DNA of 64,000 nt from Candidatus Thorarchaeota archaeon (GTDB lineage: Archaea; Asgardarchaeota; Thorarchaeia; Thorarchaeales; Thorarchaeaceae): contig JAWOEX010000022.1 in NCBI GenBank assembly GCA_046482545.1, forward strand, positions 1-64,000, read 5' to 3'. Each line of letters starts with the position of its first letter. Position 1 is the stretch's first letter. Positions 18,701 to 31,353 of this stretch are shown one piece after another. The position numbers and the translations under genes were made by a program. The notes beneath the pieces were generated by a model, which saw only the letters and a program-made list of their open reading frames with translations, searched no databases and was not told where the DNA came from.

Positions 18701-18844
18701 TTATGCTACCTTCCAATAATCAAATCAAACACTCTTGAAAGTTGTTTTAAGTTTTCCTCAGTGACGAACGAAAGCCTCTTTTCGTCATAACACTTCTTTG
18801 AAATATTACCAATCCCATTCTAAACTTGGTTCAGAGGAATTCCT

Positions 18845-19858
18845 ATGGACAAAATAGAGAATTCACATGGAGCTGGTGGAAAAGTTATGCAGCGGCTCCT
18901 TCACGAGGTAATAATTCCTTCATTTGGCAATCGTAGATTAGGTAGTATTGGCCTAGATGAAATGGATGATGGGGCAACACTCCTGTCCGACAAGTGCAAC
19001 CTTATTGTGTGTAGTGATGCCCATACAGTACAGCCTTTATACTTTCCAGGGGGCAACATAGGCACACTAACAGCATGTGGCACAATCAATGACTTGGCTG
19101 TTATGGGTGCAAAGCCGATTGCTATGACCAATACCATCATTGTGGAGGAAGGCTTCGAAATACAACGCTTGGCTCAAATCCTAAGCGATTTGAACAACAC
19201 CATTGAGCCACTTGGTGTTGCTATGATTGCAGGTGATACAAAGGTAATGCCTTGTGGAACTATTGATCAACTGGTTTTTTCCACGACCGGCATTGGCGTA
19301 AGCTATCTTGAAGCACCAATTACTGATAGAGGTGCTCTACCTGGAGATGATGTTCTTGTTACGGGTCCTATTGGGGACCATGGTACAACTCTCCTAGCTC
19401 ATCGTGAAGGCCTTGAATTTGATACTGACTTGACAAGTGATGTAGCTCCACTCTGGGAGCCTTTGCGTGATTGCTTGGATGTTGGTGGTATCCACTCAAT
19501 GAAAGATCCCACTAGGGGCGGAACTTCAGTGGCCCTCAATGAGATTGCTTCGAAATCCAACGTGGAACTTATGATTAATGATGGAGCAGTTCCTATTCGA
19601 CCTGCTGTCAAATCACTCTGTGAGATACTGGGCTTGGATCCCTTCAATATGAGCTGTGAGGGAACCGCAGTCATGGCTGTGGATCCAGGAAATACAGATG
19701 ATTTGATTGGTTCTTTGCATTCTCATGAGGCAACCAAAGATGCCAAAGCTATCGGCAAGGTACAGGAAGGCCCCGCGAGAGTAATCCTTGAAACAGGAAT
19801 TGGCGGACGAAAAATCATTCAGGTTCCATACGGTGAGCCAGTTCCTAGGGTCTGTTAG
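18845..19858 (+). CDS. hypE: Hydrogenase maturation carbamoyl dehydratase HypE
   Basis: HGAGGK, GTINDLAV.GA, GDTKV, MKDPTRGG, C-terminal PRVC. Confidence 0.95.
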   Translation: MDKIENSHGAGGKVMQRLLHEVIIPSFGNRRLGSIGLDEMDDGATLLSDKCNLIVCSDAHTVQPLYFPGGNIGTLTACGTINDLAVMGAKPIAMTNTIIVEEGFEIQRLAQILSDLNNTIEPLGVAMIAGDTKVMPCGTIDQLVFSTTGIGVSYLEAPITDRGALPGDDVLVTGPIGDHGTTLLAHREGLEFDTDLTSDVAPLWEPLRDCLDVGGIHSMKDPTRGGTSVALNEIASKSNVELMINDGAVPIRPAVKSLCEILGLDPFNMSCEGTAVMAVDPGNTDDLIGSLHSHEATKDAKAIGKVQEGPARVILETGIGGRKIIQVPYGEPVPRVC

Positions 19859-19862
19859 ACTT

Positions 19863-20417
19863 TCAAGTGGTTGATCCTTCTTCTCTGGCTTTCTGTTCTG
19901 CAAGTATCTTTTTCATCTTGTGTTTCAATTGGGCTTTCATCTTAACCTTGTCAGGATGCAGCCCAAAGTAATCCGCGAAGAGACGCGTCGTTTTCAACAT
20001 CTTTGTGCGCCCGTGTGGTTTCGATTCTAGAAACTTCAATTCCTCAAGCCTGTTTATGTGTTCGTAGCAATGTGTACCTCTGTGAGAAACAACCTCCGAT
20101 TGGAGGATAGGTTGTTTCAGCGCTATGTATACTAGTGTTTGAAGGGTGGCAAATGAGAGTAATCCGCCCGGTATAAGACTCCCAACTCTCGGAGTAAGCT
20201 CGGGCTTTAGTTGCAATACAAATCGATCCCTGGGAAGTTCCACAACTTCTAGGGCCCCGTCCCGTTTATGATACTGATATCCTAGTTCTTCTGCCAATTC
20301 TCGTGTGGATGTTTCGGTTTTATCGATTAGCTCTGACATTTCCTCTATGGTGAGGGGTCTACCAGCTGCGTACAAAGCTGCTTCTAATGTCTTTAAGTCC
20401 TCATCCATTGTCCTCAA
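19863..20417 (-). CDS. scpB: SMC-Scp complex subunit ScpB
   Basis: LEAALYAAG, LQTLVYIA.KQPI, TT..F..YFGL. Confidence 0.93.
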   Translation of the reverse strand: MRTMDEDLKTLEAALYAAGRPLTIEEMSELIDKTETSTRELAEELGYQYHKRDGALEVVELPRDRFVLQLKPELTPRVGSLIPGGLLSFATLQTLVYIALKQPILQSEVVSHRGTHCYEHINRLEELKFLESKPHGRTKMLKTTRLFADYFGLHPDKVKMKAQLKHKMKKILAEQKAREEGSTT

Positions 20418-20419
20418 CT

Positions 20420-21136
20420 CTAGTCCGCAAGGAGGGTCTGAACTTGCGACTCAGACACTCCCTTTTTCTTCTCTGGTGGTTCAAGAAGTTGGACCCAGAT
20501 TACGTCCTCATCATCCATCCATATATCTACATATGCCCTGCCATGCAGATGTAATAAAGCGAAGAAAATTCGCACAATTTCCTGTCGTGTATTATTTATC
20601 AGGATGTCTGTGAATTTCGATACCTCTCCAGTTTCCATCATCCGTCGCAGATCTTCGTATACTTCTGCAATGGTTTCTTCTATATCCGCTCTCGTCATAT
20701 CAACTTTGAAAGAAACAGGCTCAGGTGTCGGTTCCGTTTTCTTCTTTTTCGATTTCGAGCCACTTCGAGATTTTTTGGAGAGCACTTCATCCATTGCAAC
20801 AACTAATTCTTCGAGTGTAATACGCCGATTGTTGAGCCTGAATGGTGGTCGGATTAGTGGAATTTCGATATCCTCTTCTTCCTCATCTTCTTCGCGAGGA
20901 ATGAGACCCAAATCTACCAAATCTCTGGTCTTCTTCATGAAAATGACTGAGGCAGAATAGAGGGCATTTCCTGATACGCGGAAATTGACATCCCCTAAGT
21001 TCTTCATCTCTTGCAGAAACTGTCGTACAAGTTTTCCAACATCAACATTCCAAGGCTCTACTTTATCGAGTTGTAGAATATCAGTAAGGAGAATATATGG
21101 TGGAGTGGCCCAGAATGGATCATTCGTATCTTTCAT
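20420..21136 (-). CDS. scpA: Kleisin ScpA
   Basis: PW.VDV..L N-terminal motif, C-terminal FFALLHL; lies between smc and scpB. Confidence 0.88.
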   Translation of the reverse strand: MKDTNDPFWATPPYILLTDILQLDKVEPWNVDVGKLVRQFLQEMKNLGDVNFRVSGNALYSASVIFMKKTRDLVDLGLIPREEDEEEEDIEIPLIRPPFRLNNRRITLEELVVAMDEVLSKKSRSGSKSKKKKTEPTPEPVSFKVDMTRADIEETIAEVYEDLRRMMETGEVSKFTDILINNTRQEIVRIFFALLHLHGRAYVDIWMDDEDVIWVQLLEPPEKKKGVSESQVQTLLAD

Positions 21137-24100
21137 GCTGTAGCCGCCACCTCCTCCAAATCTACCGTTACTATTCTTGAAATTCCATTTTGGTTAGATA
21201 CACCCACTAAGGAATCCGCCTTACGAACGGTTGTGTCTCTGAGTGATATCACTATGAATTGGGATGTCCTGGACATTTCGGATATGAGTGTTGCAACGTT
21301 ATGGGCATTCACATCGTCGAGCGCGGCATCGATTTCGTCAAAGATATAGAAGCTTGCAGGATTGTACATCTGGATGGAGAATATGAGTGCCAGACCGGTT
21401 ATTGTTTTCTCCCCACCACTCATGGCTTCCAATGATACCAACTCCTTCCCTCTTGGCTTGGACTTGACCGTAATTCCTCCCATGAGTGGATGTTCCGGAT
21501 TTTCGAGCATTAAGTGTGCCTCTCCACCCGGAGACAGTTTGCCAAAGACCTCGGAAAAGTTGTCCGCTATCTCATTATAGACTTCCAAGAATTTTCGAGT
21601 CTTTTCTTGTTCAAGTTCTTCTATGAATCTCAGAATCTCCTTGTGCTCTTTCTCTAATCGCACCTTCTTATCAACAATTTCGTTGTATTTTTGTTTCTCT
21701 ATATCATAATCTGTTAACGCCTTGAGATTCACAGGCCCCATCTCTTCCAATTCGCGTTGAAACTCCTTGACCTTCTCCTCTAAAACTTCTATCTCACTAT
21801 AGGTCAGCTCTTCAGATTGTCTCCGCTTCTCGATTTCCTCTTCTTGGTCTGCAATTTCGTCCAATTCAGCTGAAAATGCGACAACTTCCTCTTCCAATTT
21901 GGTTTGCTCAGTTTGAAGCCGATATACTGATTTTTCATTCGAGGTTTGCTCTTCCCTTATTTCTTCATGGCGAAGGCGAAGATTTCTTACTTCTTCCTTC
22001 ATTTCAAGCTGGCGTACCCTGTTATCTTTAACCGCATCTTCAATCTCTTCTCTTTTCGCCTGCAGATTCTGATATTCGCTTTTTTTCTCATCTAATTTTC
22101 TTTCCAGCTCCCTGATGCGTTCTTCCAGTTCAGGTAGTGATGTCTCAATTGATTTAATCTCATTTGCTAATTCATTCGCTCTCGGTGATAATCTTTCATC
22201 AATAGAAAGTCTAATTTTCGTTATACCTTTCTGGATGTTTTCCCTCTTCTGCTTCTGATGCTCTAGAACCTTCTTCAGGTCTTTCAAATCCTGATTAATC
22301 TGGGCTGCGTCGGATTTGACCAATCTTTCATTACAATTGTCTCGTTTTCTTCTGACCTGACTTCGTTCATTGGTTAATCGGTTGTCTCTTTCCTTGAGCT
22401 CTTCTGTTTGAGATTCGAGTTCTTGGATTGTTACATTTAACTCGTGAATTCTGCTAGTGAGTAGGGTTTTGTTCTCCTTCTTCTCGGACAAGTTTCCTTT
22501 CAATCGATCAAGCTTTATCTCTTGTCTGTATCTCTCATTTCCGATTTTGTTTATCTCTTTCTCCAATTCCTCTTTTCTATGTTGAAGGGATTCCTGTTTT
22601 GCTCTTAGGTTGGTTAGTATATCCTTAAGGCCTCTAAGGCGCTCAACAATTTGTGGGCTTCTGTCTTTCACCTGCAAAGAGAGCCCTCTAGATTTCGGCT
22701 GGTGGTACCCTCCTGTCACCAGACCCGAACGCTCCACTACATCTCCTTCGAGTGAAACTGCTCTCCAGCCATCGAATCCCATCCGTTTTGTCGCTTCGAA
22801 ATCCTCGGTAATCAGAGTATCTGAAAAAGCGAATTCAAATGCTGGACGGAATTTTGGTTTGAAATTGACAAGATTCAGTGCAAATCCAATAATTCCTTCA
22901 TCAGGAGGCAGCTTTCCAGGTGACCTTGTCTTGATTTTGTTTAGCGGAATAAATGATGCTCTCCCCACCCGATCTTGTTTCAACATGTTTATGCATTTTG
23001 TTGCTGTTTCCTGGTTCTCCACTACTACATACGAAAGTCGGCTTCCACCGGCTATTTCCATTGCAACCGCATAATCGGGATCAATTGTGCCCAGTTCCGC
23101 CACAGTTCCGTAGATACCCTCTATGACATTCTCATCTCGCAATTCCAATACTTTAGCGACTGCTTCTCTCCGTTTCAGGAATGACTCTTCAGCCTCTTTC
23201 AAGGCATCCTGCCTAGCCTGCAATCTGATTAGTTCTTCTCGTGTTGATGCTAGAACACTGGTTGTTTCCTCTACTTCCGCATTGACCCTCTCGAGTTGTT
23301 CTCCAATATCTTTGAACTCGCTTCGCTTGGAGCTTTCTGATTTTTCCAATCGTTCTATTGATTCTTCTTTCTCCGGTATCTGTTTCTTCAGCTCAGTTAT
23401 CTCCCCCTTAACCCGCTCTAGGCTTTCTTTACTGTCTCTAAGCTCTTCATAGGCATATCCCAATTCCCTATTATTGGATTTAATTGTGGATCTGATTTGT
23501 GCAATGCTTTCATCTAGAGACCGCATCTTGTTATTGAATTGCTGCAATTCCTGTGTATTCCTGTAATAGTTGGACTGTTCTTTTTCAAATTTATCTTCTA
23601 ATCGCTTAACTTTGGTTTCCAATGAAGATACTTCATTAGTGACGTCTTGGAGCTGATTCTGCCCTTGTTCATATTTCTGGTTCAGTTCTTGAATCTCGTC
23701 ATTTATTCTTCCAAGTTTCTCCTCTTTCTTTTCCTTTTCTGCCTTGGACGCGTTGAGATTTCGGTTAGCTTCATCAAGTTCTTCCATTAGATGTTCAACG
23801 GCTGCCGAGACGATACCAAACCTTTCTGATATACGAGCTGAATCTTCACCTGCTATCTGGTCAATCTCATCATCTATTTTCTCGATTTCTTCTTCAATCC
23901 TCTCTATTTTCTGAATAGTTTGTTGAAGCTCCTTTTCAAGCTGCTCAAACTCTTCAGCTTTTTCTGCAAGTGTCTCCTTAATCGTCTCTATTCGGCTTTC
24001 TGACTTGACAATGCTCCACGCCAGACTATCAATTCGTGTTTCTCGCTTGAATTGGCGCGTTTTCTGATATTGGAGTGCATCACCTCTCTCCTCTTCCAAT

Positions 24101-24723
24101 TTGTCAAGCTGGCGTTGACGCTCTCGAAGCTGCATCTCTACTTTTCCTAAATTATTCTCACTTTCTGTGAGCTTCTTCAGGGCTTTTTCCTTTTGTTCAT
24201 CATATGCAGAAATTCCTGCTATCTCTTCTATCAGTTCTCGTCTCTGAGTTGGGCTGGCTTTGACAATCTGAGCTATTTCACCTTGGAGTACTAGATTGTA
24301 TCCGTTGGGGTCAACCCCAATTCCACCAAGGATGTCTACAACTGTGCTTCTTGTCACAACTTTCCCATTTATCCTGCATGTTGATCTTCCAGACTCATCC
24401 AATTCCCTTTCAATTACCACCTTGTCCGATTCGACTTGGAGCTTTCTATCCTTGTTGTTGAAATGAAGCTTGACAGTCGCTGATGTTGCTTCGGGAGGCA
24501 TATTGGGCTTTGGTGGTGAATAAAGCAAGTCCGCGAAAACGTTTGCTCGGAGGGTTTTGGCACTGAGTTGTCCAAGCACAAAAAGAATAGCATCAACCAC
24601 ATTGGACTTGCCCGAACCATTGGGGCCAACAATGCAGGTAAAGCCGGGACTGAACTTGATTGATACGTTTTTCCGGCCGAAGGATTTGAAGCCTTTACAT
24701 TCTAGCCGTTCGATGTGTACCAA
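21133..24723 (-). CDS. smc: Chromosome segregation ATPase SMC
   Basis: GFKSF, GPNGSGKSN, hinge (GIYGTVAEL, GLVTGG), MSGGEK, FDEIDAALD, long coiled coils. Confidence 0.98.
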   Translation of the reverse strand: MVHIERLECKGFKSFGRKNVSIKFSPGFTCIVGPNGSGKSNVVDAILFVLGQLSAKTLRANVFADLLYSPPKPNMPPEATSATVKLHFNNKDRKLQVESDKVVIERELDESGRSTCRINGKVVTRSTVVDILGGIGVDPNGYNLVLQGEIAQIVKASPTQRRELIEEIAGISAYDEQKEKALKKLTESENNLGKVEMQLRERQRQLDKLEEERGDALQYQKTRQFKRETRIDSLAWSIVKSESRIETIKETLAEKAEEFEQLEKELQQTIQKIERIEEEIEKIDDEIDQIAGEDSARISERFGIVSAAVEHLMEELDEANRNLNASKAEKEKKEEKLGRINDEIQELNQKYEQGQNQLQDVTNEVSSLETKVKRLEDKFEKEQSNYYRNTQELQQFNNKMRSLDESIAQIRSTIKSNNRELGYAYEELRDSKESLERVKGEITELKKQIPEKEESIERLEKSESSKRSEFKDIGEQLERVNAEVEETTSVLASTREELIRLQARQDALKEAEESFLKRREAVAKVLELRDENVIEGIYGTVAELGTIDPDYAVAMEIAGGSRLSYVVVENQETATKCINMLKQDRVGRASFIPLNKIKTRSPGKLPPDEGIIGFALNLVNFKPKFRPAFEFAFSDTLITEDFEATKRMGFDGWRAVSLEGDVVERSGLVTGGYHQPKSRGLSLQVKDRSPQIVERLRGLKDILTNLRAKQESLQHRKEELEKEINKIGNERYRQEIKLDRLKGNLSEKKENKTLLTSRIHELNVTIQELESQTEELKERDNRLTNERSQVRRKRDNCNERLVKSDAAQINQDLKDLKKVLEHQKQKRENIQKGITKIRLSIDERLSPRANELANEIKSIETSLPELEERIRELERKLDEKKSEYQNLQAKREEIEDAVKDNRVRQLEMKEEVRNLRLRHEEIREEQTSNEKSVYRLQTEQTKLEEEVVAFSAELDEIADQEEEIEKRRQSEELTYSEIEVLEEKVKEFQRELEEMGPVNLKALTDYDIEKQKYNEIVDKKVRLEKEHKEILRFIEELEQEKTRKFLEVYNEIADNFSEVFGKLSPGGEAHLMLENPEHPLMGGITVKSKPRGKELVSLEAMSGGEKTITGLALIFSIQMYNPASFYIFDEIDAALDDVNAHNVATLISEMSRTSQFIVISLRDTTVRKADSLVGVSNQNGISRIVTVDLEEVAATA

Positions 24724-24915
24724 TATTCATTCCCATCCGTTATTGTAGCGCTATTCCGTAATACGGTCCACTGCATCGGTTGTATTGTCATGAAGATGAC
24801 ATATTGTGAACAATATTACGCTTGGTAATATTTGCGTATTACTTAGAGGATACTTAGTATACTTTCCGTTCCTTGTTTCCCTTGTTGGTTGAAAAGGCTA
24901 ATTTTCTGTGGCTTT

Positions 24916-25281
24916 CTACTCTACCATGGAACGCAATGCTCTTCTAACTGCCATCCGGATAAGTCCCATTGACTCTCGCCCCTCTTCACCCACAATAGCA
25001 GCCAAAACTAGCTCAATATCACCAAGGATGATAACATAGCCGCCCTCCGAAGTGATACTCACTTCCTTTAATTCGCCCTTATCTACAGTCCCACTCAGCT
25101 GTGATGAAAGCGAACTGAGCTTCACCACCAAATCAGCAACCTTCTTGTGCTTTATGCTGTCAGATAACGTATGACCAAAAATTACTTCTCCGTCTGCGTT
25201 ACAAGCCACCATTCCTTCTATGACTGGATTAGATGCCATGGTTTCTGCTACGATTTCCTGAATTTCGGCTTCATCAACCAA
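24916..25281 (-). CDS. Roadblock/LC7 domain protein (probable TTG start at 25281 after AGGAGG)
   Basis: IEGMVACNADGEVI, GELKEVSITSEGG, GLIRMAVRR roadblock pattern. Confidence 0.8.
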   Translation of the reverse strand: MVDEAEIQEIVAETMASNPVIEGMVACNADGEVIFGHTLSDSIKHKKVADLVVKLSSLSSQLSGTVDKGELKEVSITSEGGYVIILGDIELVLAAIVGEEGRESMGLIRMAVRRALRSMVE

Positions 25282-25619
25282 TTTCTTTTCCTCCTTGATT
25301 CTAAGCATTCTTGATATTGAGGATGTTAGATGATATATATCTTCTACGATAGACAACGTATATGAGGCTAACGTGTACAATTAGCACGCTCGAAAGCAAA
25401 ATATAAACGTCTCACTTGAGCTTCTCCCATTGAGCATGTGACGATTGACTTGATAATCTCTTGACAGATGAAAGATAAACTCCATCGAGGTCAGCGCAAT
25501 TATGCCTCTTCTTAAATCCACATCCAGTTCTTTCCCCGCGTCGAAAAAAGTCTTGGACAATATACCTTATACCATGCGCGTCAAATGTAGCAGTCTTGCT
25601 CGTGATGTCAGAGAAATCG

Positions 25620-26079
25620 ATTAGACAGACTACAGTACCGGATATCAGTAGGGCTAGGGCGGTGAGCCGCTCCTCAAAGGGAGAAGAGATCAGTCCCGAA
25701 GGCTGTAAGGAAGATCCAGTCTTCTAAACAGAAGTCCTTACTCTCCACTAAAGGAACTGCATCAGGTTTCGGAGAGTCTGCGGCTGTTCACCTTGTCTGA
25801 AATGGATCTTCTCAGCTACGGTGACAAGGCTGAGGTGGGTAATCATGATCACGCCGTAGTACGGATTGTGGAAGACCCCGCTGTTGCCGGAGTGATGACC
25901 CGGGAACATGACAGGAGACGGAAGCCAGGCCCGTTGGAGGAATCCAATTCCGGTGAACGTGGACGAAGCCCCTGCTAACCCGAGGGCCTACGGGTAGCCT
26001 TGGGAGCGGCGATGGTGGCAGGGGAAGAGTGGAACACGGAAGTTTCATGCAGTGTACTCAACTGTAAGAAACAGGTTAT
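25620..26079 (+). mobile_element. Dispersed structured element, copy D (full length)
   Basis: Aligns end to end with copy E from ATTAGACAGACTACAGTACCG to CTGTAAGAAA..GGTTAT. Confidence 0.93.
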
Positions 26080-26196
26080 TAAGATAGAATTCCGCAGAAA
26101 AGATTTTTCGCTATAGTCAGGTTTATAATAATTCTAGAACTGGCTCAATTCGTCCAGAAGGACTGTACATACCAATTGGTGAATAAGTTGTCGTCT

Positions 26197-26364
26197 ATGA
26201 AAGCTATAAGATGTACCTCATGCCACCGTTCGATTTCACCGAAAGAGAACAGCGTCAAGTTTCGATGCCCATCATGTGGAGAATTCATCATATGGCGTTG
26301 TGAAGATTGCAGACGTTTTTCCATCAACTACACATGCCCGAATTGTGGCTTTCAGGGGCCTTGA
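26197..26364 (+). CDS. Small Zn-finger protein DUF1610 / HVO_2753 family
   Basis: CTSC, F.CPSCGE, RC..CR, YTCPNCGFQGP; conserved position upstream of EF-1beta. Confidence 0.9.
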   Translation: MKAIRCTSCHRSISPKENSVKFRCPSCGEFIIWRCEDCRRFSINYTCPNCGFQGP

Positions 26365-26383
26365 AACATGAAGAGGCATAGAA

Positions 26384-26650
26384 ATGGCTAGAGTAATTAT
26401 CACCCTAAAAATCATGCCTGAAGGCGTGGATGTAGATCTGGACAAATTGCTAGACAAGATAAAGAACAACATCCCAGAAGGTACCGATGTTCGCGCAACA
26501 GAAGTAGTACCAGTAGCTTTTGGTCTAAAAGCAATAAGGATGAATGTTGCTAGGGAGGAATCAATGGGGGGCACAGATGATATTGAAGAGGCCATAACGA
26601 ATCTCGAAGGCGTAGGCCAGGTCGAAGTTGAGCGCGTATCCCGCATGTAG
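26384..26650 (+). CDS. ef1b: Elongation factor 1-beta
   Basis: KIMPEGVDVDL, PVAFGLKA, GGTDDIEE. Confidence 0.95.
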   Translation: MARVIITLKIMPEGVDVDLDKLLDKIKNNIPEGTDVRATEVVPVAFGLKAIRMNVAREESMGGTDDIEEAITNLEGVGQVEVERVSRM

Positions 26651-26901
26651 GTAGGGAACTACAGCGCAAATCAAATCAGCCGAAAATGGTCTATAGAAGG
26701 TAGATTCTTATCAAGAAACGTAAAGAATACCATCCTGAACGATGATGTCTTCTCATGAACATGAAGAATGTTCAATGGAAGCAATTTACAAAAGACTATC
26801 GCTACGGAAATACTCAATAGTATTTGAATTGGTTGACAATTGTGCGGCAGTAGAACCATGCCGAATATTATCCTCAGTTTTAAATCGAAACTGAAATCTG
26901 A

Positions 26902-29112
<2,211 letters not shown>

Positions 29113-29125
29113 AGCAAGGAGAAAC

Positions 29126-29392
29126 TTGGCAGTGACAACTTGGACAGCAATCCCATTGAGAAATCTAATAGTCAGTATCTTGAGAAAACGTCATGGAGTC
29201 ATACTCGATGATGAGCTGAACAGGGCTGTAAGGAAGGAATGGGGAAAAGAACCCAGCCAGTCCGAGATGAATGCAGCCCTCATGCAACTTGAGATTAATG
29301 GAATCGTCCATGTCAGTCAAATCACGAAAACCAAGTGCCGAATCGAAATTATTAAGGATGGCCTAGAGTTTCTCGCTGTTGATGAAGACTAA
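29126..29392 (+). CDS. Small winged-helix hypothetical protein
   Basis: LMQLEINGIVHV winged-helix pattern; AAGGAG upstream, follows cdc48. Confidence 0.75.
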   Translation: MAVTTWTAIPLRNLIVSILRKRHGVILDDELNRAVRKEWGKEPSQSEMNAALMQLEINGIVHVSQITKTKCRIEIIKDGLEFLAVDED

Positions 29393-29398
29393 ACCGGG

Positions 29399-29875
29399 TT
29401 GATAAGTATGACCCGATGTAAGGTACTTGCAGCCGGAAAATTCGACATACTCCATCTTGGTCACCTCGCTTATCTAAGACAAGCAAAAGAACTGGCCGGA
29501 GCGAATGGAACACTAGTGGTAATTATTGCCAGAGACGATACCATAGAAAGAGAAAGGGGTGCACCTCCGGTATTTCCACAGGAGCAAAGGCAACAGCTTG
29601 TTGAAGCTTTAGAGGTGGTGGATGAGGCCGTCATTGGTTATGACAACGAAGACCATTCAGCTATTGTTGTGGATATCAAACCCGATATAGTAGCCCTCGG
29701 GCACGATCAGAATGCAGATGAAAGCCATCTTGAGAAGCAACTGAATGAAGCAGGACTCGAAGTTGAAATCGTCAGACTTGAGAAGAAAAACGCCAATGGT
29801 TTGTATTCTTCCACCATGATTCGAAAGCGGATAATTGCCTATTATAGGCAGAACGGTAGTATCCCGGGGATGTAA
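29399..29875 (+). CDS. ribL: FAD synthase (cytidylyltransferase family)
   Basis: GKFDILHLGH (HxGH), ARD, PDIVALGHDQ, SSTMIR. Confidence 0.85.
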   Translation: MISMTRCKVLAAGKFDILHLGHLAYLRQAKELAGANGTLVVIIARDDTIERERGAPPVFPQEQRQQLVEALEVVDEAVIGYDNEDHSAIVVDIKPDIVALGHDQNADESHLEKQLNEAGLEVEIVRLEKKNANGLYSSTMIRKRIIAYYRQNGSIPGM

Positions 29876-29893
29876 TAGTCCTTTTTCTAGTTA

Positions 29894-31261
29894 TTATAGG
29901 ACTAATTCACCGCGGGCTTCGGCTTTCTTGATTATTTTATCCCGATTCCGCCTTCGGTCAACTTCCTTCTTCCAGATTACATATGCAACCCCTACAAGTG
30001 CAAAAAGCAAACTTAGACCGATGAAAGTAAGCCATCCAAAGGGGAAATGTTCGGAGAAATCAATGAGCGGACGATTAACGAAATATGGCCAATTGATGAA
30101 AATGCCGAATGTATAGAGCAACCCAATTATTGTGATTTGTTTCAGATATCCTATGGCTTGTTTATCATCATTAAACATCACACAAAGTGGACCGAGCCAG
30201 AATAGATACCAAGGCATCACCCAGCGGAATACAAACAAGAACGAGGGAAGAATATAGAGATACAAGGGTTTGAGCTTGTTAAGACGTGCTTGCCATGTAG
30301 CTTTCTTCATCTCTTCGAAAGAAGGAAGATAGATTCTCACTGTACTGAACATAAATACAACGTACACAATAAGTGGAATCAGGGCAGGAGGCCACATGTA
30401 AGAAGGCTGGAACTCTCCAAATCCAGGAGTCTCTAGGAAGAGACCCGGATAGAGTGGATTCACTATGTAGGAGCTGTATGAAGATGTATTTAGGAAGTGC
30501 TGAAGCAATGAATCAAAATTAGCACCAAGAAATATGAAGGGAACCACGGTTAATAATGTAGAAATGAAGAACCATATCACTGACATCGGGGCTTCGATAA
30601 ACAACAGGGGTAAGAGAACACCCGAGTATATCTTCGTCTGCACAGACAAACCCAGTGTAAACATCGATTTACCCATTTGATCTTCTTTGCGTAACAGTAG
30701 GGCCATCAGCATAAGACAGTCCACAATAGGTTCCAGTTTTCCACCGCCTGCAGCCATAATCAAGCCATAGACATAGTATCCTGCAAAGAATAGCCGAGCC
30801 CATTTGCGATTGTATATCTTGTCTCCGAGGAGTACTGCTACCAATACCAAGTTCAAATTGAATACAAGAGTTAGAACGAAATTTAGCCAAAGTGGTTGAA
30901 ATCCCCCTGCGCCTGGAAAGAGCCAAGTACCAATCGCGAAGAAAATCAGACCGAAAACTGGATACTCATACGTAATATTTCCCAAATACCCTGGAAGCGT
31001 ATGCAGCCCATCATTAAATGGGGGGCCCATTTTTTCTGCCAGCTCATTATCATTCATGTTATAGATGCTGAAACCATAAATCCAGAAACCCTCACCATAC
31101 ATTTCATTTCTATTTCGATCTCGTTCAATCACCAACAGGTCTGCGAAAGGTATGGCAATCATGGATATAACCAAGCTCAATACGAGGTATCTGCGCATCT
31201 CGTAGATTTTCAACGATATCGCATCAAGCATTGGGCTTTGGCTCCAAGTTGTACAATTCAA
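29894..31261 (-). CDS. Polytopic membrane protein, GT-C (GT87/PIG-M-like) glycosyltransferase-like
   Basis: ~12 hydrophobic segments, YEYP loop motif, KIYSG, PWYLFW. Confidence 0.6.
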   Translation of the reverse strand: MNCTTWSQSPMLDAISLKIYEMRRYLVLSLVISMIAIPFADLLVIERDRNRNEMYGEGFWIYGFSIYNMNDNELAEKMGPPFNDGLHTLPGYLGNITYEYPVFGLIFFAIGTWLFPGAGGFQPLWLNFVLTLVFNLNLVLVAVLLGDKIYNRKWARLFFAGYYVYGLIMAAGGGKLEPIVDCLMLMALLLRKEDQMGKSMFTLGLSVQTKIYSGVLLPLLFIEAPMSVIWFFISTLLTVVPFIFLGANFDSLLQHFLNTSSYSSYIVNPLYPGLFLETPGFGEFQPSYMWPPALIPLIVYVVFMFSTVRIYLPSFEEMKKATWQARLNKLKPLYLYILPSFLFVFRWVMPWYLFWLGPLCVMFNDDKQAIGYLKQITIIGLLYTFGIFINWPYFVNRPLIDFSEHFPFGWLTFIGLSLLFALVGVAYVIWKKEVDRRRNRDKIIKKAEARGELVL

Positions 31262-31353
31262 ATACGGTTTATTCTAGTTTCCTCCGGCGGATACGTAATT
31301 AACCTTTTGTAGTGGACGATGTGAAATTGGCGGATATACAACGCTAAGAATGA

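Noticed and set aside
25620-26079. Element as group I or group II intron, RNase P RNA or SRP RNA
   Set aside because: CAGACTA...AAGATCCAGTC in D mimics group I P7 motifs, but the second motif is not kept in E and behaves as a local hairpin. There is no GUGYG start or domain V, no GAGGAAAGUCC, and a dispersed multi-copy distribution does not fit RNase P or SRP.
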